DNA of 64,000 bases, from contig CAWHCF010000034.1 of the NCBI GenBank assembly GCA_963827655.1, forward strand, positions 79,225 to 143,224, written 5' to 3'. The position numbers and the translations under genes were made by a program. Under the pieces are notes generated by a model. It worked only from the letters and a program-made list of their open reading frames with translations, was not told the origin of the DNA and did not search any database. Origin of the DNA: an uncultured Acidobacteriota bacterium (GTDB lineage Bacteria > Acidobacteriota > UBA6911). Shown one piece after another: positions 21,713 to 32,720 of the stretch (position 1 is its first letter; each line of letters opens with the position of its first letter).

Positions 21713-23206
21713 TCATCGGGACGCCGGCTGAGCGAAGGCCAGGGCGGCCTGCTTTCCTTCCGTATAGAAGTACGTCGCCGTTGCGACGCGTGGCGTGACC
21801 CGGGTGAGGTCCACCTCGAAGTTTTTCGTCACGAACTCCGCCAGAGCAGGAGGCATCGCCCGGCTCCGCGATCCCTCCCAGACGACGAGGAGGGGCCGGC
21901 CCCCGGATGGAATCCCGGCCGTAAGCAGAGGCACGATCAGGTCGCTGTCGCGGAAGTAAAGCCGCAGATTCGCTCCCAGAGCCTTGTTCTCGGCGACAAT
22001 CGTCCCCCCGGTGAAGCCCGCCTTCCTGATTTCCGCGGCCATGTCTGCGGCCGGATAGTGAAGCGGAAGAATAACGCCGTTTGCACCGGCCAGCGGAACG
22101 CGCGCGTGCAGAATGGTCAAGGCGAGAATCGACGAGAGGCCCGAAACAATCGCGAATCTTTTGAATGTGGGCGCGGTGACTGGTCCCTTGACGAGGCTCA
22201 GGAAATAGATGGGGACGAAAAAAAGAACCGGCTCGAGCCAACGATCCTTGAACCGGGTAGCGCCGGTGGCGACCACAACGAGGAAGCATAATATCAGAAC
22301 GACCGCCAGAGTCCTTCCCAGGATCGTCGAGAGCAGTCGAGTTTCCGGATCGGAGCCGAAAGGATCGGGCCTTTTGAAGAGCCAGTAATAACACAGGAGG
22401 AGCGGTCCCAGGAAACTCAAGAGTGCGATGAGCAAGTGCCCGATGCCCGTGGAGGCGATCGTCAGGAAGCCTTGAGAAACATCCGGATCGAGCTTTCTCA
22501 CCACCTCGGAAACGTAGCCGCGATGTTGCCGCAACCAGAATCCGTGCGGGACGACGAGGATGAGGAAGCTGAAAAGGGCGGGAATCACTCTGCCGTCGAG
22601 CAACCGTTTGCGCCCTAGTGGAGTCGAAAGGCATCCAAGTCCCAGGGCCGCCGCAAATGCGGCGAAATTGTAATAGCTGAGGATGCCGAGCGCCGCTGAA
22701 AGACCGAGACCGCAGTAGTTCGCGGTCGAGGGGGTTTTGAGCAACCTAAGGGTGCACAGGAGCGTCAGCCCTGCCATGAGCGTCGCCAGCACACTGTGTG
22801 CCTGGCTGCGCAGGGCTTCCCAGACAAAGGTCGGAATGAGGAAGAGCGAGAGCGAGGCGATGAGCGAGATGTTTTCGTCCTTGAGCACATGCTTTGCGCA
22901 CCCGTACAGCGAGAGGTACACGCCGAACAGGATCAGATTTTTCAGGAGGGCGAGGGAAAAAACACTAACGCCGAAAAGCCGGAAACAGGCACTTTGCAGC
23001 CAGGGGTACAGCGGTGGCGGGGTCTTGTAGCCCCACGCCAGCTCCTGAGACACGAGCGCCATTTCCGACTCGTCAAATCCCAGGCTGGGGGACACCGCGA
23101 CGCGAAGCAGCATATTCGTCATAAAGTAGAGAGCCAGCAGCGAGAAGACGACGAGTTTGAGCCTCGCGCCGTTTGCCGCCGCGGGCCATGCCCGGGAATA
23201 CTCCAT
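21713..23206 (-). CDS. GT39/ArnT-like membrane glycosyltransferase
   Basis: DESE..LAWGY..PPLYPWL motif; polytopic; ATG 23206 preferred over the ORF start. Confidence 0.8.
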   Translation of the reverse strand: MEYSRAWPAAANGARLKLVVFSLLALYFMTNMLLRVAVSPSLGFDESEMALVSQELAWGYKTPPPLYPWLQSACFRLFGVSVFSLALLKNLILFGVYLSLYGCAKHVLKDENISLIASLSLFLIPTFVWEALRSQAHSVLATLMAGLTLLCTLRLLKTPSTANYCGLGLSAALGILSYYNFAAFAAALGLGCLSTPLGRKRLLDGRVIPALFSFLILVVPHGFWLRQHRGYVSEVVRKLDPDVSQGFLTIASTGIGHLLIALLSFLGPLLLCYYWLFKRPDPFGSDPETRLLSTILGRTLAVVLILCFLVVVATGATRFKDRWLEPVLFFVPIYFLSLVKGPVTAPTFKRFAIVSGLSSILALTILHARVPLAGANGVILPLHYPAADMAAEIRKAGFTGGTIVAENKALGANLRLYFRDSDLIVPLLTAGIPSGGRPLLVVWEGSRSRAMPPALAEFVTKNFEVDLTRVTPRVATATYFYTEGKQAALAFAQPASR

Positions 23207-23345
23207 TGCGCGGACGAGACTATCACACGCGCAGATATCCTTGCCAATTCTGAAGCGCTTCTCGGTCCATGGCGTCCCCCCGGCGGGCACCTTGCGGTCC
23301 CGGCAGTGTCTGAGTCGAACTCGGCGGCGGGAAAAAACAGCCTCA

Positions 23346-23931
23346 TCAAGCCTTGGCGAGGGGCTGACGGCTGCGCCGCAGGAAATCGCGCTCGGTCGTG
23401 TTCTCGGTGCGGGCGATCGCCGCCTCGTAGGCCAGCACCGCCTCGGCGTTGCGGCCGAGGCGTCGAAGCAGGTCGGCGCGGGTGGCGTGGAACAGGTAGT
23501 AGTCACGGAGGTCGAGGCCGTCGACGACGGCGAGCGCCGCTTCCGGTCCGTTCACCTCAGCCACCGCCACGGCGCGGTTCAGGGCCACGGCCGGGCTCGG
23601 GGCCAGCAACAGGAGATGGTCGTATAGCTGCCACGGTCGCGCCGTGGCCGTGCTGGTCCGCCACTTCGAACCGGAGGTCATGGGCCTGCTTGCGCTCATG
23701 CTGCTCGTCGAGTCGCGCCGGGCCACGCGCACGACCCCGGACGGCGACCTCGTACTGCTGGCGGATCAGGACCGCGGCCGCTGGGATCGAGGCCTCATTG
23801 CCGAAGGCCAGGCCATCGTCCGGCAATGCCTCCGGCGCAACCAGCCCGGCCCGTACCAGATCCAGGCGGCGATCAACGCTGTCCACAGCGACGCTCCGGC
23901 CGCGGCAGCTACAGACTGGCGGCAGATCCTG
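23346..23931. pseudogene. Scrambled fragments of a DUF6596-type ECF sigma factor
   Basis: C-terminus on - (23346-23630), N-terminal HGRAVAVLVRHF on + (23632-23667), middle EPEVMGLLALM..ATDWRQIL on + (23668-23931). Confidence 0.8.
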
Positions 23932-24046
23932 GCGGCTCCGGGGCGGAGAAGTCCTGACGACCGACGGCCCGTTCGCCGAGGGCAAAGTGCACATCGGCGG
24001 ATTCTTGATCATCAAAGCGCCTGATCTCGACGCCGCGCTCGAGTGG
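23932..24046 (+). pseudogene. YCII-domain fragment
   Basis: TDGPFAEGKVHIGGFLIIKAPDLDAALEW, cut at repeat copy 2. Confidence 0.8.
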
Positions 24047-24308
24047 GTGGATAAGAGAAACAAGCGTCATTTTCAGCTCGAGTCGGGGCAACTCAGGTTC
24101 TGAGAACGGGCTTTATGTTAACTTTGCGCGATGTTCCTCGGTCCTGGATGAGTCCGACTCTGCGGATTATACGCCAGGTGCATTGGAAGCGCGAAGAACC
24201 TAGCCGTGAAATCGTGAGATTTTGCGGAAGAATCCTACCGCGAGGGAGTGCCCTAATGCCCCATTAATACCTCCAGTCGGCTTCCTCTACCGCAGGAGAG
24301 ATTGGCGG
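24047..24308 (-). mobile_element. IS91-family 3' end / oriIS module, copy 2
   Basis: Identical to the first 262 bp of copy 1. Confidence 0.78.
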
Positions 24309-25449
24309 CTCAAGATCTACACGACGCTCGATCCGACGATCCAAGCAGCGGCAGGAAGCCATCGTCACGGAGCTCGACCGTCTGCAAAACGGGCGCCCCG
24401 CGCTCGAAGGCGCCGTGATCGTCACGAATCCGCACAACGCCGAAGTGCGCGCGCTGGTCGGCAGCCGCCGAATCGGCTACGACGGCTTCAACCGCGCGCT
24501 CGACGCGAAGCGGCAAGTGGGCTCGCTCATCAAACCCGTCGTCTATCTCGCGGCGCTCGAGTCGGGCCGGCATTCGCTCGCGACGCAGATCGAAGATGCG
24601 CCGATCACGATATCGCTCGACAACGGCACGGCCTGGACGCCCGCGAACTTCACGGAGGAAATGCACGGCTCGGTGACCACCGTGCGCGCGCTTGCGGAGT
24701 CGTTCAATCTCGCAACCGTGCATCTCGGCTTGGATGTCGGACTTTCTCCGGTTGCGGACGTGCTCGGCCGACTCGGTCTCGATCGAACGCCCTCGCTGTA
24801 CCCATCACTCCTCTTGGGCGCCGTCGACATGACGCCGCTCGAGGTCACGCAGATCTACAACACGCTCGCGAACGGCGGATTCCGCGTGCCCTTGCGCACC
24901 GTGCGCAGGGTCGTCGGCGGCGACGGGCAGACGTTGCAGCGCTACGCGCTCAAGATCGAGCAAGTCAGCGATCCCGTGTCCGTCTATGCGTTGAATCAGG
25001 GATTGGTCCAAGTCATGCAGCGCGGCACAGGCAAGGCGGCACGCGCACAGCTTCCCGCATCGCTAAGAACCGCGGGCAAGACCGGGACATCCGACGGGCT
25101 GCGCGACAGTTGGTTTGCAGGTTTCAGCGACGATCATTTGGTCGTCACATGGGTCGGCAACGATGCGAACGAGGTCGTCGGTCTCACGGGAGGCACGGGG
25201 GCATCGCAAATCTGGGCGCGCACGTTCGCGGAGCTCGAAGCAAGCCCTTATAGCACTCCTCCGCCCGCAGGCGCCGAAGTGGTCTGGATCGACTACAACA
25301 CCGGTTTGACGACGGACGAACGGTGTCCCGACGCCGTGCTCGTCGCGATGACAGCCCCCGATGTCCCGCCGAAAGCAGTCGCATGCGGCAGCAATAGCAC
25401 ACGCGTCGGCTCGAGGATTCGCTCGTGGTTCCAGAACGCATTGCACTAA
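24309..25449 (+). pseudogene. mrcB: Penicillin-binding protein 1B, transpeptidase half only
   Basis: LKIYTTLDP starts at the repeat junction; SLIK (SxxK), SFN (SxN) and KTGT motifs; no transglycosylase domain; frameshift near the start. Confidence 0.8.
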
Positions 25450-25862
25450 TGAAGCTTTGGTCGTTTCTCGTAACTGCATGCGTCGTTGCGGCCGGCTGCT
25501 CGACGCTTGCGCCTGCGGACTCGGGCTCCTCGTCATCAGAGCCCGGTGCCGCCGCGCCAAATCGCGTACCGGCCCCGGACGCCGAAGATCGCGCTGCCGA
25601 GGTCCCGCAACCGAGCGCGGCGAGCGTCGCGTTGCTCGAGCGCAGTCGCAGTGAGCGCGCAGCCGGAGATTTCACCGCAGCCGCTGTCTCCGTGGAGCGC
25701 GCGCTGCGCATCGAGCCGAACAACCCGTCGCTCTGGATCGAGCTCGCCGAGATCAAGGCCGCGGAGGGCGATCGCGATCAAGCGGAAATGATCGCACGCA
25801 AAGCCTTGACACTCGCGGGCTCCGACCGCTCGATCCGCGAGCGCGCCGACCGCCTCTTGTAG
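25449..25862 (+). CDS. TPR lipoprotein
   Basis: Lipobox AAGC; ERALRIEPNNPSLWIELA TPR; lies downstream of mrcB. Confidence 0.8.
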   Translation: MKLWSFLVTACVVAAGCSTLAPADSGSSSSEPGAAAPNRVPAPDAEDRAAEVPQPSAASVALLERSRSERAAGDFTAAAVSVERALRIEPNNPSLWIELAEIKAAEGDRDQAEMIARKALTLAGSDRSIRERADRLL

Positions 25863-25896
25863 GAGCGAGCTCCGCTCGCGATTCTTGACTATGCTG

Positions 25897-26913
25897 TTAT
25901 TTCGGCTCGTGCACCGTGTAGCCCAGTTCCGCCAGTGTGCGCACCAGTGACAAGCTGCCCTTGATGTACGCCACGGGCAGCATCGTGAACGTGGAGCGGT
26001 TGTGCTCGAGTGCGGATACTGCCGCGTCGAGCCAGCGTTGCCTGCTTTCCTCCAGCAATTCTTGCGCCAGCTCGCCTTCCGAACTGGTCAGCAGCAATTC
26101 GGAGCAGGGATCTTCTAGGCTGCCCGGCTGTACGAAATCTTCGATGTCGCGGGCATTGCCGGTAGCCCAGGCATTGGCCACTTCCTTTATATCATTCAGG
26201 TGACTCTCGAACAGCGTCAGTTGCGACTCGAAACAGTCGATCTCGCTTTGGAGCGGCAGGCTGTCAGTCATCTCTTCCAGACGATTGCTGAGATCGCGAT
26301 AGTCGCCTTCCAGCATCCGTTCCACCTTGACGTCCGTTTTGCGGATATCCCGATTCTTGCGAATCAGCTTGTCCACATGGCGGGTGATGACCTCGAAGCC
26401 CGTGAGTCGCTCTTGCGCCTGGACCTCTCTCGCGATCATTGCGGCGGCGAAGGCGGGGCGCAGCATGTCGACGTCGCTGTTGTGGGGAAAATATTCGGCT
26501 TTCACGGCGGTATAACGCTGATAGATGTCTTCGGGCAGCACTTCGGCCAGCGACGCGTCATCGGGGTTTCGTTGCAGCCGCCGGTACAGGCGTGGGCCGC
26601 GAATAAGATTGATGGGGTTGAGCAACAACAGCTTTGACACGCCAACTGAAATATCGGGTTCGCCGATGGCTGCGTCCGCATCGGCAATGATCGCCGCCAC
26701 TCTGTCGTCTTCCCAGATCATGTCTTTGGGCACGATAGGGACCAAAGGCAGGATCCAGAGCACATGATCACCGCTGCTCACTTTCCACAGTGGCGGACCG
26801 GGCTGCCGGCCCGTGACGACGATCTCTTCGACGTCGTGCTCTTGCGCCAGAACAGGGAACAGGGAAGGGTTGAGCAGCAAGCAGCAAAGCACGAGTCGTT
26901 TGAAGTATTTCAT
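25897..26913 (-). CDS. TraB/GumN family exported protein
   Basis: Signal peptide; GRQPGPPLWKVS.GDHVLWI N-terminus. Confidence 0.75.
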   Translation of the reverse strand: MKYFKRLVLCCLLLNPSLFPVLAQEHDVEEIVVTGRQPGPPLWKVSSGDHVLWILPLVPIVPKDMIWEDDRVAAIIADADAAIGEPDISVGVSKLLLLNPINLIRGPRLYRRLQRNPDDASLAEVLPEDIYQRYTAVKAEYFPHNSDVDMLRPAFAAAMIAREVQAQERLTGFEVITRHVDKLIRKNRDIRKTDVKVERMLEGDYRDLSNRLEEMTDSLPLQSEIDCFESQLTLFESHLNDIKEVANAWATGNARDIEDFVQPGSLEDPCSELLLTSSEGELAQELLEESRQRWLDAAVSALEHNRSTFTMLPVAYIKGSLSLVRTLAELGYTVHEPK

Positions 26914-26928
26914 GACCTTCAGCGCCGC

Positions 26929-29900
26929 CTATAGGCTGCGGGCGTTGTCCTGCGCTCGCCGGTCGAGCATCAAGCCGTAGGGATCGACCGCGACTCGCCC
27001 CGGCCGCGCGGGCACGCGCACGACGACGCGTTGCGGGCCGGACGTAAGCCAGTGCTTCTCGAGGTAGATCGGACCGGCGATCGCTGCTGCGTCTGTCGCG
27101 AACACCGCGACGTCGAAAGGTGCCCGCAACGGCACTTCCGTCTCGACGCCGGCGCCGTCGACGTCGAGCTGCCGCGCAGCGATCTCGATCGTGACCTCGT
27201 AGCCGTCGCCCGCGGCGCGCTCTTCCGCGCCCGTGACGGCAACGTCGTACAACGTGATCCGCTCGAACCAGTCCGTGATCAACGCCTGATGCTCTTCACC
27301 GGCCACAGCACGCAGCTCCGCGACGAGCTCGCGCGTCGTCGGATTCGGCGGCGGCCGATTGCCGTACTTCTCGATGAAGCGCTTGAGCGCGAGGTTCACG
27401 CGATCCGCGCCGAGCACATCGCGTAGCGCGTACATCGCGTGCACGCCTTTGGTCCCGGCGATCGCCGTCTCGCTGCGCATGATCGGCAACTCCTCGATGC
27501 GCTGGCGGCTGCGCGTGTCGAGGTACTGGCCTCCCAACGCTGCGACGTCGGGATAAACGGCCGCTCTGCCCTCGACGTGCTCGCTCAACATGAGCGCCGA
27601 GTAGCTCGAGAGCGTCTCGTTCAGCACGAACATGCCTTGCAGGACTTGGCTGCGGACCTGCCCGCCCCACCACATGTGCCCGAGCTCGTGCGCGGTCACG
27701 AAATCGATTTCGCGGTCGCCGTACTTCGAGAAGAAGCCCGCGCCCTCGTTGAACGCGATGATGCCCAAGCGCGCATCTACGACCGTGCTGTAGCGCGGAT
27801 ACTCGAAGATGCGGAACGAGCCGAACACATACGGCCCGAACTCCGCAACGTAGTAATCCAAGCCGCGCTTCACCGTGTTCATGATCGTCGGGACGGCCCC
27901 CGCATGCTTCGGGTCGTAAAAGATCTCGATCGGAATGCCGCGCGCCGAATCGCGCGCCACGTCGTAGCGCGCGGACGCGAACGCCAGGCCGACGGGGAAC
28001 GGGGGCCGATACTCGAAATAGCGCCGCCCGCCTTCGCTCCACTCGCGTTGCAGTGCGCCGGCCGCGACGGCGGTTTGGTCCGCCGACGTGCTGAGCACGA
28101 CGCGAACGTCCGCGGCCTCGAGCCGCATACCGGCAGCGCGGCGCGCCTCCGGATCGTCGAGATCCGGCATACGCCCCGCCGGGGGCAAACCCTCCCGCCC
28201 GCGCGCCGCGGGGTCCGTGAGCTCGCGCTCCGGGTCGTAGCGCATGTCCGGCATGACGGTGGGGCCGTCGAGGTAGGCGCCGTTGGCGGCCACGGCGCCG
28301 TTTGCCATCAAGTTCGCAAAGCCGTCGTTGCGCCACGAGAAGTCCCACGTCCCCGTGATGCTCGCTCCGACCGCCAGCGGCTCGGCGAACCGGTAGACGC
28401 GCCCGCCCGAGCCCTGCTCGACGATCTCGGCATCACCGAGCTCGAGGGCGTTGACGGTGAGCGCGGGGTTCAGCGTCACAAGCACTTCTTCGATCGGCCG
28501 GTCGGAGTTGTTGACGAGCTGTGCCGTGCCGCGCGACTCGACGCGCCGCTCTTCCGGGAAGAAGTCGATCGCCATATCGACGGCGGTGGGGAACGGCGCC
28601 GGCAGACCCGCGTAGCGGCGGAACTTCCTCTCGTACTCGGCCGCGCGCGCCTCGAGGTCGCCGCTGTCCAGGTACTCGTTCAAGACGTGCGTGTTGTAGA
28701 AGATCCAAGCGCCAAGCCCGACGAACGCGACCGCGGCCGCTGCGGCAACCGCCACCGTTGCGCGCGTCACGCGTGAACGTGCGTCGGCAACGCGATGCGC
28801 GAGCCGGTCGTAGTAGCCGCGCGGCGCGACCAAGTACGCGGCGACTGTCGCAAGCACGAGGAATGCGGACCAATACGCCATCAGCGAGGCGTGCCGCACG
28901 GCGAAGTGACCGAAGCCGTTCATGTCCGAGTGCGGAACGCTCGGCAGCCGGAACGTGTACAGCAGATCTTGGAACCCGAACGGCAGCAGCGACAGCGACG
29001 CCACGAACGCCGCGAGGAACGCGAGCGTGCCGAGCCAGCGGTTCGGGAAGAGCAGATGGAGGAGCACGGCAGGCACGACGAGCAGGTAGTGATTGAAGCC
29101 GTACCAGATCAGCCCCTTGAGATAGAGGCCGAGCTCGAAGCGCGTGTAGCCGCTCGCCGCTTGCAGCACGATGAACGTGAGAATTCCGGCGCCGAGCAGC
29201 AGCGTGAGCGCGACCCACAGCGCGCCGATCTGGCTCAAGACAAAGGTCGCGCTCGAGACGGGCGATGCGTCCGCGATCTCCGCGACGCGCGCCTCGCGCG
29301 CGCGGTGCGCGAGCAGGCCCGCGTAGTAGGCGATGAAGAGCAGCAGCTGCATTGCGAGGCCGGGATCGAGAAAACCGATCATGAGACTCGTGAGAGGCTC
29401 GCGGGGCCCGATCATGAGAAGCTCCGCGGGCGGCTGAAAGTCGAAATGCTGCGCGCAGCCGAGCACCACGATCGCCAGGACGAGGAAGAACGGCGGACTG
29501 CGCAAGGTCGCGCGCAGATCCATCTTGAGCTGCGACTTAAGCTGCGCGAGCGTGGCGCCTTGACCGAAATGCGGCGCGACTCGGGCGCCGGACAACGCCG
29601 GCGCATGCGTTCCAGCGGACGTGCGAAGGCGCCATAGCCGCGGTGCCGTGCGCTGCACGACGAATCGGTACCGCACGAGCGTCGCGACCATCGCCGCGGC
29701 CGCGACGCCGAGCCACAACGCTCGGTTCACGAACAGCACGCCGCCCGGCAGGTCGCTCGCGAGCTCGGCGCCCGTCCAATAGCGCGTGACGTCGACGATC
29801 GCGAGCAGACCGAACGGGTCCACCAGCGGGAGCCAGCCGCCGCCGTCCGGATCCAGGTACCCCTGCGCGACGAGCGGTATGAGCGGCAGCACGATGGCTA

Positions 29901-30459
29901 CACAAAACGCCGCGGCGATCGACCGCGCAGCGGCCGCGGCGCTGAACGCGAGTGCCGCGACGATGATCGTGTTCGGCACGGCCACGGCGCCGACCACGAA
30001 CCACCATGGCGCCGCGGCGAACGCGCCGAGTCGTGCCGGATCGACGCCCGGAGCCGCAAGGGCCACGAGACCGCCGAGCACGCCCGCGAGCGACGCGAGC
30101 AGCGCGAACGCGAGCCCGCCCGCGAACCGGCCGAGCACGTAGCTCGGCTCGCGTATCGGCCGCACGAAGAAGAGCTCGGCCATCAAGCGCTCGTAGTCGC
30201 GCGTGATGGCGGCGGCGACGATCGCGACGGCCGGGAAGATCGCGAACAGGCTCAAGACGAGCTCGTTCTGGATGATCGCGACTGCGGCGTTCAGCGGAAT
30301 CGTCGCCGCGTCCGCATTCGCGCCGATGCCGATGTCGATGCCGAGCTTGCGCGCCGTGAGGAAGTGAATCAGAAAGAACAGCACAGCCACCGCGATGTAC
30401 AGCGGCGACTTGACCTGGAACCGGCATTCAAACCGGAAGATCTCGAGAAATGCACGCAT
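26929..30459 (-). CDS. ABC-2 type permease fused to an M1-family zinc aminopeptidase
   Basis: Two permease repeats, YSDMNG-like HSDMNGFG, HELGHMWW + NETLS zinc motif. Confidence 0.88.
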   Translation of the reverse strand: MRAFLEIFRFECRFQVKSPLYIAVAVLFFLIHFLTARKLGIDIGIGANADAATIPLNAAVAIIQNELVLSLFAIFPAVAIVAAAITRDYERLMAELFFVRPIREPSYVLGRFAGGLAFALLASLAGVLGGLVALAAPGVDPARLGAFAAAPWWFVVGAVAVPNTIIVAALAFSAAAAARSIAAAFCVAIVLPLIPLVAQGYLDPDGGGWLPLVDPFGLLAIVDVTRYWTGAELASDLPGGVLFVNRALWLGVAAAAMVATLVRYRFVVQRTAPRLWRLRTSAGTHAPALSGARVAPHFGQGATLAQLKSQLKMDLRATLRSPPFFLVLAIVVLGCAQHFDFQPPAELLMIGPREPLTSLMIGFLDPGLAMQLLLFIAYYAGLLAHRAREARVAEIADASPVSSATFVLSQIGALWVALTLLLGAGILTFIVLQAASGYTRFELGLYLKGLIWYGFNHYLLVVPAVLLHLLFPNRWLGTLAFLAAFVASLSLLPFGFQDLLYTFRLPSVPHSDMNGFGHFAVRHASLMAYWSAFLVLATVAAYLVAPRGYYDRLAHRVADARSRVTRATVAVAAAAAVAFVGLGAWIFYNTHVLNEYLDSGDLEARAAEYERKFRRYAGLPAPFPTAVDMAIDFFPEERRVESRGTAQLVNNSDRPIEEVLVTLNPALTVNALELGDAEIVEQGSGGRVYRFAEPLAVGASITGTWDFSWRNDGFANLMANGAVAANGAYLDGPTVMPDMRYDPERELTDPAARGREGLPPAGRMPDLDDPEARRAAGMRLEAADVRVVLSTSADQTAVAAGALQREWSEGGRRYFEYRPPFPVGLAFASARYDVARDSARGIPIEIFYDPKHAGAVPTIMNTVKRGLDYYVAEFGPYVFGSFRIFEYPRYSTVVDARLGIIAFNEGAGFFSKYGDREIDFVTAHELGHMWWGGQVRSQVLQGMFVLNETLSSYSALMLSEHVEGRAAVYPDVAALGGQYLDTRSRQRIEELPIMRSETAIAGTKGVHAMYALRDVLGADRVNLALKRFIEKYGNRPPPNPTTRELVAELRAVAGEEHQALITDWFERITLYDVAVTGAEERAAGDGYEVTIEIAARQLDVDGAGVETEVPLRAPFDVAVFATDAAAIAGPIYLEKHWLTSGPQRVVVRVPARPGRVAVDPYGLMLDRRAQDNARSL

Positions 30460-30465
30460 CGTCAG

Positions 30466-31353
30466 TTACTCCGCAGTCGTGTCGATGCCGTGCTCGAGCA
30501 GCGTCGCGAAGTAGACGTCTTCGAGCGTCGGTGCAGCGCCCTGCATGCCCGCAGGAGCCGAGTCCGCGAGCACGCGCGCTTCCGTGCGCCCAGCCACGAT
30601 GCGTGTCGAAATGACTTTCAGCGTCGCACGCAAGCGCTCCGCTTCGGCCTTGTCGACGGCCGTCGACCAGAGCCTCCCGTCGAGCTCGGCCGTGAGCGCG
30701 CGCGGCTCGCCGACGCGCAAGATCTTGCCGGCCGCCATGATCGCGACGCGCGGGCACAGCGCCGAGACGTCGTCGACGATGTGTGTCGACAGGATCACGA
30801 CGACGTCCTCGCCGACCTCGGACAACAAATTCTGGAAGCGCCGCCGCTCGACGGGGTCGAGGCCGGCCGTCGGCTCGTCGACGATGAGCAGGCTCGGGTT
30901 GCCAATCAGCGCCTGCGCGACGCCGAAGCGCTGGCGCATGCCGCCCGAGAACTTGTCGATGCTGCGTTTACGTACGTCCCAGAGGTTCGTGCGCACGAGC
31001 GCGTCGCGGACCACCGCTTTGCGCTCCGCGCCGTGAATGCCCTTGAGCGCCGCGAAGTGCCCGAGCATCACTTCCGGCGACGTGCGCGGATACGCGCCGA
31101 ATTCCTGCGGCAGGTAGCCCAAGCGCTTGCGCAGCTCCATCTTCGCGCCGAGCACGTCGAACCCGTCGAACGTGATGGCGCCGCTGTCGGGATCTTGCAG
31201 CGTCGCGATCGTGCGCATCAGCGTCGACTTGCCCGCGCCATTCGGGCCGAGCAGGCCGAACATGCCTTTCGGTATGTCGAGGCTCACGGCGTCGAGCGCA
31301 CGCACGCCGCCCGAATAGGTTTTGGACAGGTTTGAAATGCTCAGCATGGGCAA
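30466..31353 (-). CDS. ABC transporter ATP-binding protein
   Basis: GPNGAGKS, FSGGMRQR, IVDEP, STH. Confidence 0.95.
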   Translation of the reverse strand: MPMLSISNLSKTYSGGVRALDAVSLDIPKGMFGLLGPNGAGKSTLMRTIATLQDPDSGAITFDGFDVLGAKMELRKRLGYLPQEFGAYPRTSPEVMLGHFAALKGIHGAERKAVVRDALVRTNLWDVRKRSIDKFSGGMRQRFGVAQALIGNPSLLIVDEPTAGLDPVERRRFQNLLSEVGEDVVVILSTHIVDDVSALCPRVAIMAAGKILRVGEPRALTAELDGRLWSTAVDKAEAERLRATLKVISTRIVAGRTEARVLADSAPAGMQGAAPTLEDVYFATLLEHGIDTTAE

Positions 31354-31363
31354 CCTCTTGTTG

Positions 31364-32445
31364 TCATTCGACGGCCCAATCCGCGAGACGTAGTTGCGGC
31401 ACGATCAGGCGGGACGTGAAGTGCTCGCGCGGCCGGAAGGGCACGTACCGCACGAGCCAGTCTTCGCGCCGCGCGTCGTCGGGCAACGGCACGTCGATCT
31501 CGAAGCTCTCGAACAGCCGAAAGCCGAGCTGGAAGCGGGAGTAGTCCGGCTGGCAAATCAAGCGCTCGCCGACGCGCGCGTCGCCCGCGCGCTTCTCGGC
31601 ACTCACGCTGTAGCAGGACGGTCGATGCAGCGTGAGGCAGCGCATCCGCACGCCGTCGCGGTTGCGCAGCGGTTCCGTGGTGCACCGATCGTTGCTCGCA
31701 AAGCGCGCCTCGCCGCCGTCCGCAGGCAGGGAGAGCTCGCCGTCCATCTCGAGGGCCGTGAGCGAGTAATCGACCTCGAGCCGCAGCGCTTCGTCGCGAT
31801 GCCGGTCGAATACATCCGACGGGACGAAGAGAATCTGCACCTCTTCCGTCTCCGCGTGCACTTCGAGCGCGTCGCCCGTGCCGCGATACACGACGCGGCC
31901 GCCGGCGTCGACGAGGCGCGCCTCGACCCGGTCGGCCCAGAGCACATCGCCGTCATGACTCCGCGTGATCTTGAGCGGCAGTGCGAGCGTCGTGCCTTGC
32001 GTCTGCCGGGACAACCACACCCCGAGCTCGCCGTTGCTAGCCTGGCCGGCGAGACTGGCGCGCGCCCTGAAGATTTCGGCCTGCGCGGGGCTCAGCATGT
32101 CCGGCGCAGTGACGTGCCCGCGCGCGAGGTCGAGCTCGAGCGCGACGTCCGCCGGGACGGCCGGTGTACCGGTCGATCGTTGTTGCAGCCCGTGCGCAAA
32201 ACCCCATGGCAGCTGCCCGACCGCTGCGTAGGCAACCGTCGCGACGAGGACGGCCGCACGCGCCGAGCGCGTAGCACCGCGCCTGAAGTACTGCAGGCCG
32301 ATCACTGCGAGCGCGCCTATTACCACGACGGAGATTCGGCCGAGCATCGTGATCCACGCGATGCCCGTGCCGCACGTGGCGCACGGAATTCCCGCAAGCC
32401 CGAAGAACAAGAGCGCGGCAGCTTCCGCCACGATAGAAACGATGA
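31364..32445 (-). pseudogene. Hypothetical membrane protein, N-terminus cut by repeat copy 3
   Basis: Hydrophobic reading frame PLIVSIVAEAAALL.. runs right up to the repeat end without an evident start or RBS. Confidence 0.6.
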
Positions 32446-32720
32446 GTGGATAAGAGAAACAAGCGTCATTTTCAGCTCGAGTCGGGGCAACTCAGGTTCT
32501 GAGAACGGGCTTTATGTTAACTTTGCGCGATGTTCCTCGGTCCTGGATGAGTCCGACTCTGCGGATTATACGCCAGGTGCATTGGAAGCGCGAAGAACCT
32601 AGCCGTGAAATCGTGAGATTTTGCGGAAGAATCCTACCGCGAGGGAGTGCCCTAATGCCCCATTAATACCTCCAGTCGGCTTCCTCTACCGCAGGAGAGA
32701 TTGGCGGAGCGCGGGAAGGC
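32446..32720 (-). mobile_element. IS91-family 3' end / oriIS module, copy 3
   Basis: Identical to copy 1; followed by a 15-bp duplication CGGAGCGCGGGAAGG (32721-32735). Confidence 0.78.

Noticed and set aside
21713-23506. 597-aa ORF as annotated
   Set aside because: The first ~100 aa are out-of-frame sigma fragment and spacer; the real gene starts near 23206.
26929-30459. ABC permease-M1 peptidase fusion as a new system
   Set aside because: This is a known, widespread architecture with an adjacent ABC ATPase.
27296-32602. Long overlapping Arg/Ala-rich ORFs
   Set aside because: These are shadow frames of high-GC genes, with no recognisable motifs.
19636-32720. Repeat as a CRISPR array or as a gene (MRKNPTARECP.. 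ORFs)
   Set aside because: Units are ~270 bp with kb-scale gaps and there are no cas genes; the plus-strand ORFs are shadows that diverge at the junction.
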